Positions 28,541 through 42,982 are shown, numbered from the stretch's first letter. The stretch is DNA of 64,000 nt from Eledone cirrhosa (GCA_964016885.1 OZ024742.1:57288001-57352000), one strand, 5' to 3'. The notes: generated by a model from the sequence alone, not told the origin. Made by a program: numbers and translations.

Positions 28541-28816
28541 AGTGCACATCTTTGTGTATTTGTTGTGAAAAGTAGTGTATCTAAATATGAACGTTAACAT
28601 GGCATGAAATAGACTACCGTCGATTTAGACGATGAGTGTTCCAGTCGTTTGTTCAACGGAACAGCCTACTTCCTTTCTCTCACTCTCTTTCCTTCTCTGG
28701 AAGAATTCTGCTGTATTCAGACTTGGAGAGGATTGAGCTCCGCCAGCTTTAAAAATGACCTAGAAACGTCGTGTGTCAATACGGTGCTCCCACGACTTCT
28801 GAGGGAGTCGTATGTT

Positions 28817-29676
28817 CATACATACATACATACATACATACATACATACATACATACATACATACATACATACATACATACATACATGGTGGTGGCTGCC
28901 AACTCGTTTTCAAGTACGGCCACTACTTTATATCCATGTAGGAGAACCCCTACCGATGCGCTGAACGAGTGTGACTTTTTAGTCCAGCCAGCGACTTGAA
29001 AACTCTGGTACAAACACTACACCTGTGACAATTATTGACACATAGTGCTGGGCCCATGGTACCATGTGATGACAAGTGCAGAGAGATCTCCAGATATAAA
29101 ACAATGCCTGTGCCGTGAAGCTTTTATAATGAGCAAAGGCACTGCACAAAGCCAGTCCCACTCTCTTAACCAAGATGATATTTACCAAAAAGAAGAATAA
29201 GTCAACATCATTGGGTACCATCAGGGTTGCAGCTGTTATATCAGAGTTTTCCTTCTCCTAGAATTCTGCCTTGACAAAGGCTAAGGGGTCATCTCTCCCG
29301 GTGATTTTGGATGGCCATTGACTCTTAAGAGCTCCTTTGCCCTTTGACAGGTTTTGTTTTTAGTCCTGCAGGATGTCTAAAGTCAGCCTCCTCACCAAGA
29401 AACCTTGGTGGGGTTGCCAGTTTAGTCGCCAACGATCCGACCATGAGACAGGTTGTACTGGGATACATGTTACCAGTAGCACCAACTGGTGACCTGATAC
29501 ATACATACATACATACATACATACATACATACATACATACATACATACATACATACATACATACATGATGGCTGCCCCCTCGTTATCGAGTATGGCCATT
29601 GCACGAGAAAGAAAAAAAAAAAATAATAATAATAATAAATAAATAAAAATAAAATAAAAATTAAAAAAAAGAAAAG

Positions 29677-29719
<43 letters not shown>

Positions 29720-31250
29720 CACATATACACACACACACTCACACACACACATACATAAATAACAATAATAATAATAATAACAATAATAACAACAATAATA
29801 ATATACATATACATATATATATACACACACACGCACACACATAAGCATATCTACACACACACACACACACACGATAGCAACTAACAGCGCTGCGATCGAA
29901 TGTGGCTTTTTAGCCCAGCCAATGATCTAAAATGTCTTGCACAGAGTCGGCAACCAAAACATTCACTGGGAATAGTCGGCTGTGGTTGGAGTTCATGTAC
30001 TTTTGCATGTCGCTTGAGCCCTCCTGCTGATCTACATTCTCTACCACATGCTTGGCAAGCATGATGAGTAGCATCTCCAACAGCAGCCTGGTAGTCAACA
30101 ACTGGTCTTACTTTATGACTGCGAAGATGACTTTCGAGTCCAGCTTTGCTTAGGCAGAGTCTCGCACAGACGCTGCATGTCAGCACCATAGGAGGACCCT
30201 CGCCGTCTGGAAGTGCAACAGCAATTTCCTTCCTCACATCCCACATACATACATACATACATACATACATACATACATACATACATACATACATACATAG
30301 GCACTGCACAAAGCCAGTCCCACTCTCTTAACCAAGATGATATTTACCAAAAAGAAGAACAAGTCAACATCATTGGATACCATCAGGGTTGCAGGTGTTA
30401 TATCAGAGTTTTCCTTCTCCTAGAATTCTGCCTTGACAAAGGCTAAGGGGTCATCTCTCCCAGTGATTTTGGATGGCCATTGACTCTTAAGAGCTCCTAC
30501 ATACATACATACATACATACATACATACATACATACATACATACATACATACATACATACATACATACATACATACATACATACATACATCGTGGCTGCC
30601 AACTCGTTTTCGAGTACGGTCACTACTTTATATCCATGTAGGAGAACCCCTACCAATGCGCTGAACGAGTGTGACTTTTTAGTCCAGCCAGCGACTTGAA
30701 AACTCTGGTACAAACACTACACTTGTGACAATTATTGACACATAGTGCTGGGCCCATGGTACCATGTGACGACAAGTGCAGAGAGATCTCCAGATATAAA
30801 GTAATGCCTGTGCTGTGAAGCTTTTATAGTGAGCAAAGGCACTGCACAAAGCCAGTCCCACTCTCTTAACCAAGATGATATTTACCAAAAAGAAGAACAA
30901 TTCAACATCATTGGATACCATCAGGGTTGCAGGTGTTATATCAGAGTTTTCCTTCTCCTAAAATTCTGCCTTGACAAAGGCTAAGGGGTCATCTCTCCCG
31001 GTGATTTTGGATGGCTATTGACTCTTAAGAGCCCCTTTGCCTTTTGACAGGTTTTGTTTTTAGTCCTGCAGGATGTCCAAAGCCACCCTCCTCACCAAGA
31101 AACCTTGGTGGGGTTGCCAGTTTAGTTGCCAACGACCCGACCATGAGACAGGTTGTACTGGGATACATGTTACCAGTAGCACCATTCATACATACATACA
31201 TACATACATACATACATACATACATACATACATACATACATACATACATA
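28817..31250 (-). mobile_element. Array of four RTE-derived inserts separated by five (TACA)n tracts
   Basis: 28887-29497 and 30591-31186 are near-identical; 30299-30497 is an internal piece; RTE-like 5' UTR motif ggagaaggaaaactctga; shared 3' end tactygawaacgag..ggcagcca+(tatg)n. Confidence 0.75.
29881..30243 (-). pseudogene. C-terminal C2H2 zinc-finger region of an RTE-type LINE ORF
   Basis: Three CxxC.R.C/F.S..GL..H...H/Q repeats, followed by a 3' UTR ending in (tatg)n at about 29565. Confidence 0.7.
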
Positions 31251-31849
31251 CCATTACACTCTCGCAATAAAGCAAAACTATTATTATGTGCATGATTATG
31301 AATGCATGTGTATGATTTTGTGTGTTTGTATATGTATGCATGTATGTGTGTGCATGTGTGGGCATGTATATGTGTGTACATGTATGGGTGTGCATATATG
31401 TGAATGAATATATGTGTATTGATCGATATGTATGTATTTTTATGATGATGAGTATGTGTATTTCTATGGATATATATACGTGTGAAATCTTTTGTGTGTA
31501 TGTGGATATTTGTGTTTGAATATAAGTATTAGTATGCATGCATGCCATCATGTTTTGAGTGAGTATCACTAATGAAATATTAACAAATCCTAAAACAGCG
31601 CTGTAAAGCACTTTCAAAACGTACTGGCAACTCTATGATATATTCACGGAAGAAAATAGAGAAAAATATAATTTTTTCGTTACAAAAAAATATTTTTCTT
31701 CGGCAACGAGGCCACCCATATGTTTATTGTATTAAAACGTATTATATATGCTTATATATGTTTTCATATACATCTTTATTATGCGTAAACTCAGTCTTAG
31801 TACTAATGCCAATTAAATATACATGTATATATATATGTATATGTGTGTG

Positions 31850-31965
<116 letters not shown>

Positions 31966-32193
31966 AGAGCGTTTGTGTCTGTCTCTGAATGAACATGTAT
32001 GTATGTATGTATGAACGTTTTGATTTGGGGTGTTTGTCAATGTATATGCAAATATATGTATGCGTGAATGTCTGCAATTGTGCAAATGTTTGTGCGCACG
32101 CAATCATGTATAAATACGCGTATATATGTATATGTGTGTGTATGCGAATGAATATATGTATGTATATGTATGTTTGTAATGTGTGTATATTCA

Positions 32194-32228
<35 letters not shown>

Positions 32229-32477
32229 ATGAATATATGTATATGTATGTTTGTAATGTGTGTGTGTTTATGAGAATGAATATATATATATATATATGTA
32301 TGATTGTAATATGTGTATATATACATATATATCTGTGTGTATGCGAATGAATATATATATGTATGTATGTTTGTAATGTGTGTGTGTATATACATAAATA
32401 TGTGTGTTTATGCGAATAAATATATCTATATGTATAACAGAGTTTTGTAGCTTGCTTGAAGCATTGTTGAATAGGAA

Positions 32478-33615
32478 ACACAAATTTAAATTTTGAAAAC
32501 CAAAACAATGCGTTATGAAAAATGTTAAATTGCCAAGATAACAAAATAATCTTACCTCAGCAAATTTAACGATCCCAAATATTTTCGGGTTTAAACACCC
32601 ATTATCAAGGGAGTAACCCTATGAGAGACTTAAATATTGATCGGATAGACTTGCTTGTTTGGAGAGCAGATTTAAGTGAAATGGAATGAAAAGACGTTAA
32701 AATTTCGATCGTGTGCGTTGTGAAATGTATGATATATGTATGATATATGCATGTGTGTGCGTGAATGCATGTATGCATGTGCATGAATATATATGTATAT
32801 AAACGGGAAAAATATGTGTGCGATATATGTATGTTTGTGTGTGAGTCTAAGTGAGTTTGCCTAGTGAGGACATAGATCTATTTTTCCCGTTTCATTATAT
32901 ACATATTCGCATACATCTGTAGCAAGAGTTGCCTCCCTTGTTATGACGATCACATCACCAGTAGCGCTCTCTAGATAGGAAGTAGCTGGAGTTACTTCCC
33001 GTTGAGGTGGCACAACCTTCTTAGGAACTTCCGTCCAGGGAACTATAAAACGAGAGAGCTGAAAGCAATCTGCCTCTCTTTCAATCTGCCTGGCTCTTCG
33101 GCCAGGCGCGTTCCGCCGAGAGTATACTCTCTGGCAACCTGAACATGGTAATGTAAAGACCTGTTGGTCTCTTGCGCGCTAACTTCAAAACGGTAAACAA
33201 CTAACTATAATTCATCCTTTCATCTCTCTTGGCATGTCAACTATTCTGCTCTACATAGCTCAACCTTGTTAAATAAACATTGTACATACAACCCAGTGTC
33301 CTGTTATACATCTTTCACTACAAAAACTTATTTCATGCACACACATTCATGTACACATGCATATATCATACATTTCACAACGCGCACGTTCGAAATTTTA
33401 ACGTCTTTTCTTTTCATTTCACTTAAATCTGCTCTCCAAACAAGCAAGTCTATCCGATCAATATTTAAGTCTCTCATAGGGTTACTCCCTTGATAATGGA
33501 TTGTTAAACCCGAAAATATTTGGGATCGTTAAATTTGCTGAGGTAAGATTCTTTTATCTTGGCAATTGAACATTCTTCATTTGCACTGTTTTGGTTTTCA
33601 AAATTTAAATTTGTG
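32478..33615. mobile_element. Long-TIR (about 300 bp) fold-back/MITE-like element
   Basis: 32478-32787 is inverted at 33330-33615 (cacaaattt...aaatttgtg). Confidence 0.75.
32918..33322 (+). mobile_element. Solo LTR nested in the TIR element
   Basis: tgtag...ctaca termini, TATAAAA at about 33045, AATAAA at about 33272, higher GC; no TSD found. Confidence 0.55.
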
Positions 33616-33619
33616 TTAT

Positions 33620-34200
33620 CTATATATATGTTTGTAATGTATGTATATATATATGTGTGTGTGTGTGTACGTGTGTGTGTGTATACGAATGAATATATGT
33701 ATGTTTATAATGCGTTTATATACATATATATATATGTGTGTGTGTGTGTATGCGAATGAATATAAGTATATGTATGTTTGTAATGTGTGTGTATACATAT
33801 ATATGTGTGTGTATATGTATGCGAGTGAATATAAGTATATATATGTATGTTTGTAATGTGTGTATCTACATATATATATATATGTGTGTGTGTGTATGTG
33901 TGTATTTATGCGAATAGATATATGTATGTTTGTAATGTGTATATATACATATATATATATATGTGTGTGTTTGTGAATGAATATAAGTATACATATGTTT
34001 GTAATGTGTGTATATACATATATATGTGTATGTGTGTGTGTATGTGTATGCGAATGAATATAAGTATATGTATGCTTGTAATGTGTGTATATACATATAT
34101 ATGTGTGTGTGTGTATGCGAAAATGAATATAAGTATATGTATGTTTGTAATGTGTGAATATGCATATATATCTATGTATATATGCGTGTGTGTGCGCGTA
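33620..34200. repeat. Compound minisatellite (also 32130-32420)
   Basis: Recurrent gcgaatgaatataagtatatgtatgtttgtaatgtgtg. Confidence 0.75.
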
Positions 34201-34566
34201 CGTATGTGTTTGTATGTGTATCAGTTTCCATGGCGATTGATTGTCCAAACATTCAAAGCTTGTTCTTTTCCACCAAGAATAATGAACAAGTTAAGATAAA
34301 TCACTTTCTACTAATCCTGACTTTAATTATAGAATTAGGTTTGGGATTAAAGAAACAAAATTCTCATTTTAATTTCAAATTGGAATTATTTTAGTAAAAT
34401 ATTCGTTTTCGATTCTTATGTTAATTTTATGTTTGTCATATAAGGTGGTGGTGGTGGTGGTTGTGATAGTGGTGGTGGTGGTGGTGGTGGTGGTGGTGGT
34501 GGTGGTGGTGGTGGTTGTGATAGTGGTGGTGTTGACGGCGGCGGCTGCGGCGGTGGTGGGATCGTG

Positions 34567-34597
<31 letters not shown>

Positions 34598-34810
34598 TAT
34601 GGTGGTGATAGTAATGATATTGCTGCTGCTGATGATGATGATGAGGATGTTTATAATGATGAGGATGATAGTATGCTTTGTATTTTTAGAATTCGCAATT
34701 TCTAGTCCAATAACTTTTGGTCAGAAGCTAATTGCTGTCATCTCATTTGTTATGGAGTTGAAAAATACAATCTTGAGATTTAGTGATAATATCTGGAAAT
34801 TGTCGCTATA

Positions 34811-35235
34811 AACAGAATTGTTTTAACAGGATTGATGTTGTAACAGGATTGATGTTGTAACAGGATTGATGTTGTAATAGGATTGATGTTGTAACTGGAT
34901 TGATGTTGTAACAGGATTGTTTTAACAGGATTGATGTTGTTGTAACTAGATTGTTGTTGTAACTATTGTTGTTGTAACTGGATTGTTGTAGTAAGTGGAT
35001 TGTTGTTGTAACTGGATTGTTGTTGTAACTGGATTGTTGTTGTAACAGAATTGTTTTAACAGGATTGATGTTGTAACAAGGTTGTTGTTGTAACTGGATT
35101 ATTGTAGTAACTGGATTGTTGTTGTAACTGTATTGTTGTTGAAACTGGATTGTTGTAACAAATTGCTGTGACAAGGTTTTTGTAACAATACTGTAACAAC
35201 AATCTTGTTACAATATTGTTGTTACAAGATTGTTT
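34811..35235. repeat. 17-20-bp minisatellite
   Basis: aacaggattgatgttgt and aactggattgttgttgt repeats. Confidence 0.9.
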
Positions 35236-36053
35236 TGACGATGTGTGTTCCAGTTATCCGATAAAGTGTATGTGACTGAGCATTCCACAGACACGTGTGA
35301 CCTCAGAGAGATTTAGCATGATCGTCTCACAAGGCAGCTCCTTTGAATTACAGGTATAGTCCATCAGACGGGTTTCCAAATAGTTTCCCTCTACCCAACT
35401 TCACTCAAACGACATGCGTCGACCCGATGCTATGGCAAATGTTACTTGTCCAAGCTGCTAAGCAGTAAAATCTACCCTGACCCTTAGAGATTACGATGCA
35501 ATCTTCTTAACCATTTGGCCTGGCTACGTGTACAATGAGTTTAAATATCAGTTTTAGAAATGATTAACTTTCTTACTGGTATGTGTATTTCTAACTTGCT
35601 TGCAGCCATGGTGTGTAGGAATTCATTTGCAGAAACAAATATTATCAGAATTAATAAATTTTTTAAATAATAAATTATTATGTTAAAGCCTTAATAATTA
35701 AGTTTATTGTGTTACAAAGCTGCATATAATACTCTCTTCTCTGGAGGCGTTTATAAATTTACACAAATTTGTGAGAATTTCACAAAATAACACAATTTTG
35801 TGAAATGTGTTAGAGTAGGTCACGTTTATGTAAAAATCAAAATATCTCTGCAGCTCATGGAGGCCTCATGAACGCTGGCAATGACCACTGTAGTAACACT
35901 TAACGAAAATATTATCTAATGATAAAAATACTGCATTCACAGTTGTTGGGCAGCTTAAATGACAGATGTTCAGGCATTTATATTTTTTGTTTATTTACTA
36001 TTACTTGAAAACTTGACACAAATGTATCAACCACTAATTCTCATTCACATTAG

Positions 36054-36094
<41 letters not shown>

Positions 36095-36096
<2 letters not shown>

Positions 36097-36545
36097 CAGA
36101 ATTAAGGTGTTTCCTCCATCGTTCCAACATAACTGTATACATGTATGTAAAGTTTGTCTATCAAATAGTATACGATCAAATAGTATACGATACGTTTACG
36201 AAGCTATGTTGGAGTGAACACCTTAATTCTATTTCTTGTTCAGGCCCAATCAGCCACCAGCCCTGTATGCAAATGAGGCTAATCAGCCAATAAACATAAG
36301 CGTTAAAACTTTATGTGTGCGGCTTATTTGAGTTTCAGTATGAGTCGAGGAAAAGTGTGTGTTACCTTGACACTGGCCACACAACCAGAAACAGCTGTCG
36401 GTTACTTCCCCTTGCTTCTGCGGGAACTAGTTAGATGGCGCCAGCCATCACCTTTAAAATTCATAGCTAAAGGCTTTTCAATGTTTGTTCGTAAACATAT
36501 CATATATCATTCGATATACAAACTTTACATACATTTATATATGTA
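36095..36545 (+). mobile_element. (TA)n-embedded non-coding element with inverted segments and degenerate HHR
   Basis: 36137-36200 is the inverse of 36488-36539; gttacc-TTGACAC-tgg..cca-GAAA-c(agct)g-TC-ggttac at 36361-36405; CCAAT and octamer motifs. Confidence 0.6.
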
Positions 36546-37234
36546 TGTGTATATATATATATATATTAATAAGAGGAATTCCAAAGTTTGACCTTAACAA
36601 CAAAGACCAATCATTCACTGTATCTAAATGCAATGATAGTCGATGCGGCACATGTCAATCCATACACGCCGGTCAATATATGAAAACAAAAACTGGAAAA
36701 ATATTCCCAAATGCAAATATGAACTGCAAAAGCAGAAATCTAATTTACTGCATTAAATGCCCGAATTGTGAAGAACTATATGTCGGTCAAACTGGAAATG
36801 CACTATCAGAACGTGCACGGGTACACCGTCAGCAAATCAGAGACCCAAATGTCCGTCAGATACCCCTAAGTAACCATCTAGCAACATGTGGTCAGGGAAT
36901 ATTTATAATATTCCCATTCTACAAATTACACAGCCCAAGTGAAATCAAGAGAAAAATCAAAGAAAAGAATGTTATTGATAAATTCAAACCCAAGCTAAAT
37001 GAATAATAATAATGCTTAGGGGTATTACTTCTACTACGACTATGACTACGACCATGTCGACTACGACCACTAACAACAACAACAACTATAATAATAATAA
37101 TAATAAAAGTGATGTTGATGGTGATGATTACTAGAAAATGCTATTTTCATCATTTCTAAAAATAGCAAAACAATTGATGCTTTGGATAGGATCAATTAGT
37201 GGTCGTTAGATATGCTCAACCAACCGTGACGCCT

Positions 37235-37330
37235 AAACCAATCAGCTTTAGTAATCCAGTGAAACTACACACCGATTGGTCGAAATACAGTTAGCATTCT
37301 GGAGCCACTTTTCACTGTATATAAGGTACA
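37235..37330 (+). promoter_or_regulatory. Candidate pLTR promoter
   Basis: CCAAT 37238, ATTGG 37275 and TATATAA 37318 upstream of the HHR. Confidence 0.4.
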
Positions 37331-37387
37331 AAATTTACCCATCTCATTACAGTTGAAAATTGCAAACTTGACTGTCACCACACATTA

Positions 37388-37426
37388 TGAACCTGAAGAT
37401 TGCGAAAGCATGAAAGTACTTGTTCA
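37388..37426 (+). ncRNA. Minimal type I hammerhead ribozyme
   Basis: tgaac-CTGAAGA-(t)tgc GAAA gca(t)-GAAA-gtac-TT-gttca; palindromic loop III. Confidence 0.75.
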
Positions 37427-37584
37427 ATTAACACTTAACATTTAATATTCCATCATACTATTTCACTATAATACCATTATAAATTTTAAAGGATTGTAAA
37501 TAAAACGAGTAAATCAGACAAAGTTGGAATTCCTCTTATTAATATAATCTTCTATACACAATCATACACACCCGTGTATATTTA

Positions 37585-37670
<86 letters not shown>

Positions 37671-37679
37671 CATATATAT

Positions 37680-39870
37680 AAGCAAAAGGGATATTGAATT
37701 TGTTGGTAATTCAACAAATATAAATGTTTATAACTGATTCAAAGCACTCGATAGTTTTTCTGGAGTATAATATTCAATGATATTAAATAAATGGAAACTA
37801 TATTTATAAAACCATATTAATTCTATTATATATATTTCAAGGGTACCAAAACTTTGGTATACTCCCATCAGATAAAATACAATGTTTGTTTTATAAATAT
37901 TGATATAACCAGGAAAGAATAACTTAACGGTTCAAGTTTTTCCTGGATAGTGAAGGAAAGAAGGAAAAGAGAAGAAAAGTCAAATATCTCAAATTATTAA
38001 GATGAGTATGCAAATGAGGTTGAGGTATAGGGCTGGAAAAAAACGTTATTTTTAGACGCTATGTAGATTTAAATAATTAGGATATATGTATGTCTGCGTA
38101 GGAAGAAGAAAAAGAAATAAAGAAGAGCTTGTATTTACGTTAATTTAAAAAGAATTAACAATTTGTAGGAATGGTTCCAGAATTTAAAAATTATTTAGCT
38201 ATATTATGAGTTATAATATTGTATATATAATCAATTAGATTATATGAAGAATTATGGTTGTAAGTACATTTAATCGTATTTCATTACAACAGGTTGTAAG
38301 TATATAAATATCTATATAGATTAATAATTGTGCATGTATAAGTATTATTGGTGATTTTATAGAAATAGAAATAAATCATAATTATTAGTTGTTTACATTT
38401 CTCAAATGAGTTACGAAGGAAGTTGATTTTGCATTTTACATATAAAAAAACAAGTAGTTCAAGTTGTAAGAGGAGAACAATTTGTAGATCAAATATTTTG
38501 AAAATGTTTTCAGAATATTGTTAATTTAGCGAAGTTATATAGTTTATCATACATATTATAATGTTTATGTTTGCTCGATTGAAAAGGAAAAGATAACTCC
38601 AATCTTGTTTGCTAACCGTTAAATTTGATGAATGATTTACTCAGAAAATATATATAGAAAATTATATATTATTTTGTGTGAGATTAATTTTTTCAAGGAT
38701 GAGAGTTTCAATTATATATTATTTTAGTCGAAAGATGTGTGAAATTTTGAAGATCAAAGAAGAGGAAAAAAGTATTGTGCATTTCGAAGAACTATCGTAA
38801 AGAGGATAACTTTCAGAATGTCAATTAAAGATTATCAATCTTCATCTAAAAAAATAGATTTAGAGGAGTATCATTAAGAAAATATTGTCAAATGGTAAAA
38901 ATATTAAAATTAAGAAGGAAGATCATTTAAAAAATTTTGATTTTAAAGAAATACTCAATAAATAATAGGATCATTTTAAAGGTGTATAAGATATAGTCAA
39001 GTGTAATGAATATCATAAATTAAAAATACTTCTGAAAGTGCAATTTTGGCGATGTCTGCAATTAGAAAATAATTCTGTTTTATGATTAATAGAGTTTTGA
39101 CAGTTAATTAAATAAAAAAAAATCTCCTTGACACACAAGTGACAGAATCTTGAGAAAACCATATTTCGGTATACAGGTGCTTTCGAAATCGTTCCCCGAG
39201 ATATTGAATAGTCTATATTGTTGTCTTTCAAATTCCAAATTAAATGGGAAAGTGAAGTGAAACATTTTTTATCGGACCTATTGTTTATGGTTTTACCAGC
39301 GTTCTTTGAATTTTGTAGAAGTGGCACCAATATAGTTAAATATTTTGTCTCTAGTTTTAACTGTGCATTTAAAAAATAACGTTTTTGTCTAAGCAATTAT
39401 TTTGTAAAGGCCAGTTTGATTTAAGTCTACAGTTACATTTTCTGGAGTTGTTGTTATTAGGAACGGTACTATTATTATGAATATTGTTGTTAGAAATATT
39501 AATATTGCTATCTTGGTTTGTTTGGTTAGGGTTTAAATTTAAGTTTCTATTATTAATTCTATTTATATTTTGTGCTATGTTCATAGTAGTAGAGTAGGAT
39601 AGTTTTATAGTGTGTCTATTAAAAATAGAGTGGTATATGTGGGCTTTAGGAAAACACTTATCTAGTGCTTTAAAAAAATAGCTTTGCTAAAGGTGTTTTA
39701 ACGCCTAATGAGAATGGGGGAGAGTACCAAATAATATTTCTAGTTCTAGTTTGTTGGTTTAGCTTACTATTTGAATTGTTTATTGTTATTATAATGAATT
39801 CTAGAATGATTTGTCATGTTATTGTTATCTGTGTATTTAATTTTATTCGAGTATCCTGCTCTATGTAAAG
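37680..39870 (-). mobile_element. Penelope-like element (Nematis-like), 5'-truncated and degraded
   Basis: EN fragments 39013..39396 and 39369..39584 are homologous to 1103..1642; variant HHR (CTGATGG) at 37820-37879. Confidence 0.88.
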
Positions 39871-39879
39871 TAGAACTTA

Positions 39880-40140
39880 GTATATACTCCTTATATAAAT
39901 ATTTTCTATCATTTATTTTGTTTTTCTATCATTTATGTTGTTTTGACCTGTTTAGCTTGATTTGCTTTTTGGGTTAGGTGGTTAGTGCCTTCTTGACCAC
40001 TTTTTTCAGTTTGTATGGCGTTTTAACATATTGTTTAGCTCTGGTTTTTTAACTATGGAGCGCTTGCCAGTATACCTTTGATTTTTGCGTTTCGTTTCGC
40101 TTTTTCTACCCGCCGAAATGCGATTCTCGCTGAATTTATA
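39880..40140 (+). mobile_element. Diverged 3' fragment of the 603-bp tandem family
   Basis: tggc..tttaac..tagctctggtt..gagcgcttgcca..gccgaaat.cgattctcgct, ending at (TA)n as at 25620. Confidence 0.7.
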
Positions 40141-40175
40141 TTTATATATATATATGTGTGTGTGTATATATACAT

Positions 40176-40254
<79 letters not shown>

Positions 40255-40259
40255 TATGT

Positions 40260-40510
<251 letters not shown>

Positions 40511-40528
40511 ATATATATATATATATAT

Positions 40529-41399
40529 ATCAAAAGCATGTATTGAGTTAGAAACTCAAATAGTCTCATTACAGTAAATTAGCTCTAGGAAAAGTTTTTT
40601 CCGAGCCGTATATAACTGAACAAAAAGGAAAAACGAACACAGACATATATATATATCTGTTCAAATCGTAATGGACCAAAATCGCTAAGGTGAAAAAAAT
40701 ACTAACTACAGACAATAGGGTTTGCTAGACTCAATTTAAGAATAAATTAAGAAAAATAAATACAAACCAGTATTGTGGTAACTACCATCACCCAGATGGT
40801 CTTTGATAGAACCGGTTCGCAATATTATTTGTGAAGAGGTATACCAAATTCCAGGCTCATTAGTGGATTAAGAAATTAGTATCCTCCTCACTTGAAAGTG
40901 TGTGTATATATATAACACAGATGGTTCCCGAACTTAGCGTGTCGCGCAGACTTACGACACTAAAAATAGCAGCCGGGTCTACACGACATTTGAAATAGCT
41001 CTACGAATTAACGGAGCCGAATATATCAAAAGTATTGAGTTAGAAACTCAAAATAGTCTCATTACAGTAAATTAGCTCTAGGAAATGTTTTTTCCGAGCC
41101 GTATATAACTGAATTTTTTATTTAGAAGTGAGGAGGATACTAATTTCTTCACCCACTGATGAGCCTGGAATTTGGTATACCTCTTCACAAATAATATTGT
41201 GAAACGGTTCTATCAAAGACCGTCTGGGTGATGGTAGTTACCACAATACTGATTTGTATTTATGTTTCTTAATTTATTCTTAAATTGAGTCTAGCAAACC
41301 CTATTGTCTGTAGTTAGTATTTTTTTTACCTTAGCGATTTTGGTCCATTACGATTTGAACACATATATATATGTCTGTGTTCGTTTTTCCTTTTTGTTC

Positions 41400-41402
<3 letters not shown>
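40529..41402 (-). mobile_element. Non-coding ~496-bp unit with terminal direct repeat and 280-bp inverted tail, in (TA)n
   Basis: 40529-40620 matches 41025-41113; 41126-41402 is the inverse of 40615-40893. Confidence 0.82.
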
Positions 41403-41461
<59 letters not shown>

Positions 41462-41814
41462 AGTATGTATATATATTTATATGTGAGGTACGTATTTGAC
41501 TACACTTGTTTCAGCTATCTACACTGTCTTCTCATATTTATTGTAATAAATATAGCTCAAACTCAATATAAGCTTTATTAGGAAAACGTTAAAAAAACGA
41601 ATCCGACTAAAATGCTGGTTAATATTATCAAATAAATGTGATAACTTTGTAGAATTGATAGAACGTCCGATAAAATGCCATTGTGGTAGTTCTTTTAGCT
41701 TTTTATAATCTGAGTTTAAATCTCCACCAGCGTCAACTTTTCCTTTCTCTAAATTTGTTGGCCTTGGACATAAATTGAAAATCAATATTGACAACATTCA
41801 TATCGTTGCTGATC

Positions 41815-41955
41815 AACTCAGAATGAAACAGTTTCTATTGCCAGCAATTCAACTAAGAATGAAGCAATTTCTATTGTCAAAAGTTCTACTAAGAATGAAG
41901 CAATTTCTACAGTCAGCAATTCTATTAAGAATAAAGCAATTACTATTGCCAGCAG
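41815..41955. repeat. 33-bp minisatellite, about 4 copies
   Basis: ctaagaatgaagcaatttctattgccagcaatt variants. Confidence 0.8.
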
Positions 41956-42812
41956 TTCGATTTTATTCATCATTCCTGACGTCGTTTCATGGTGCAAAGA
42001 AATATATAAGAAATAATAGAAATAGAATTCTGAATGTGAAATATGGTTTATAAATTATTTTTCTACTTTGAATATTTTATAGAAAATCCTGAAGTTTTAT
42101 TCATCGTTGTAATCTAGAATCTATCTTAGCCTAGGGCGATTTTATTTTTGTACCAAATAAATTAAGATACATATGCTAAAGTTATTTCTATAATTGTTCT
42201 TATAAAACCAAAATATCTTGCAATAAGATACTAAAATCAAAGGAGAGAGATAACAGACCCAACGAAGTGCCAGACAAAATACCTTTGCGGACAAAACCAA
42301 CTGGCAGGAGACCCAGGGGCAAATCCCGAACAAGATAGCATCCACGAGCTAGGCTGAGAGGACCCGCTGGAAGACGTTCTTGATGACTCTGTCCGTTTCA
42401 TATCGATGCGTTAGCGTATCACCATATTGATAGAGCTACACCAAATCGTTCATATCTATATATTTATTCAGACTCGGCCAGGACTAGACTGCCTGTGATG
42501 ACTTTAAAACTATCGGATCGATTACCGAAATCGATATAATTGAATACACCTCTCCCTCCAAATATGATATGTATCTTTGTTATACAATGCAGGAATTTTC
42601 AATCTTCATCTAATAAACATTATAATTACAATAACATCGTGGAATAGCCATGTTTAAGAATACATAAAACACTGCTACACTCTCTTCTGTGATTAAATTA
42701 CTGACATAATACTGCCGTATCTGTATCAGGTTGCAGATGTTCAAAGAAACTAGTTGACACTTCATAAAGCAATAGCGCTATTGGGAATTAAACACATATA
42801 TATATATATATG

Positions 42813-42886
<74 letters not shown>

Positions 42887-42908
42887 CATATATATATATG
42901 TGTATGTG

Positions 42909-42982
<74 letters not shown>

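Larger units (their letters stand above)
36567..37587 (+). mobile_element. Penelope-like element 3' portion (Naiad-like GIY-YIG plus pLTR)
   Basis: Open EN frame ending at 37006: CNDSRCGTC, LIYCIKCPNC..YVGQTG..RVHRQQI..SNH..C..FPFYK; HHR in the 3' UTR. Confidence 0.85.

Noticed and set aside
29881-30309. Host C2H2 zinc-finger gene
   Set aside because: Non-canonical linkers, N-terminus in microsatellite, and followed by an RTE-type tail
41150-41215. CTGATGA at 41156 as an HHR
   Set aside because: The opposite arm has CTAATGA and lacks the GAAA; no consistent stems
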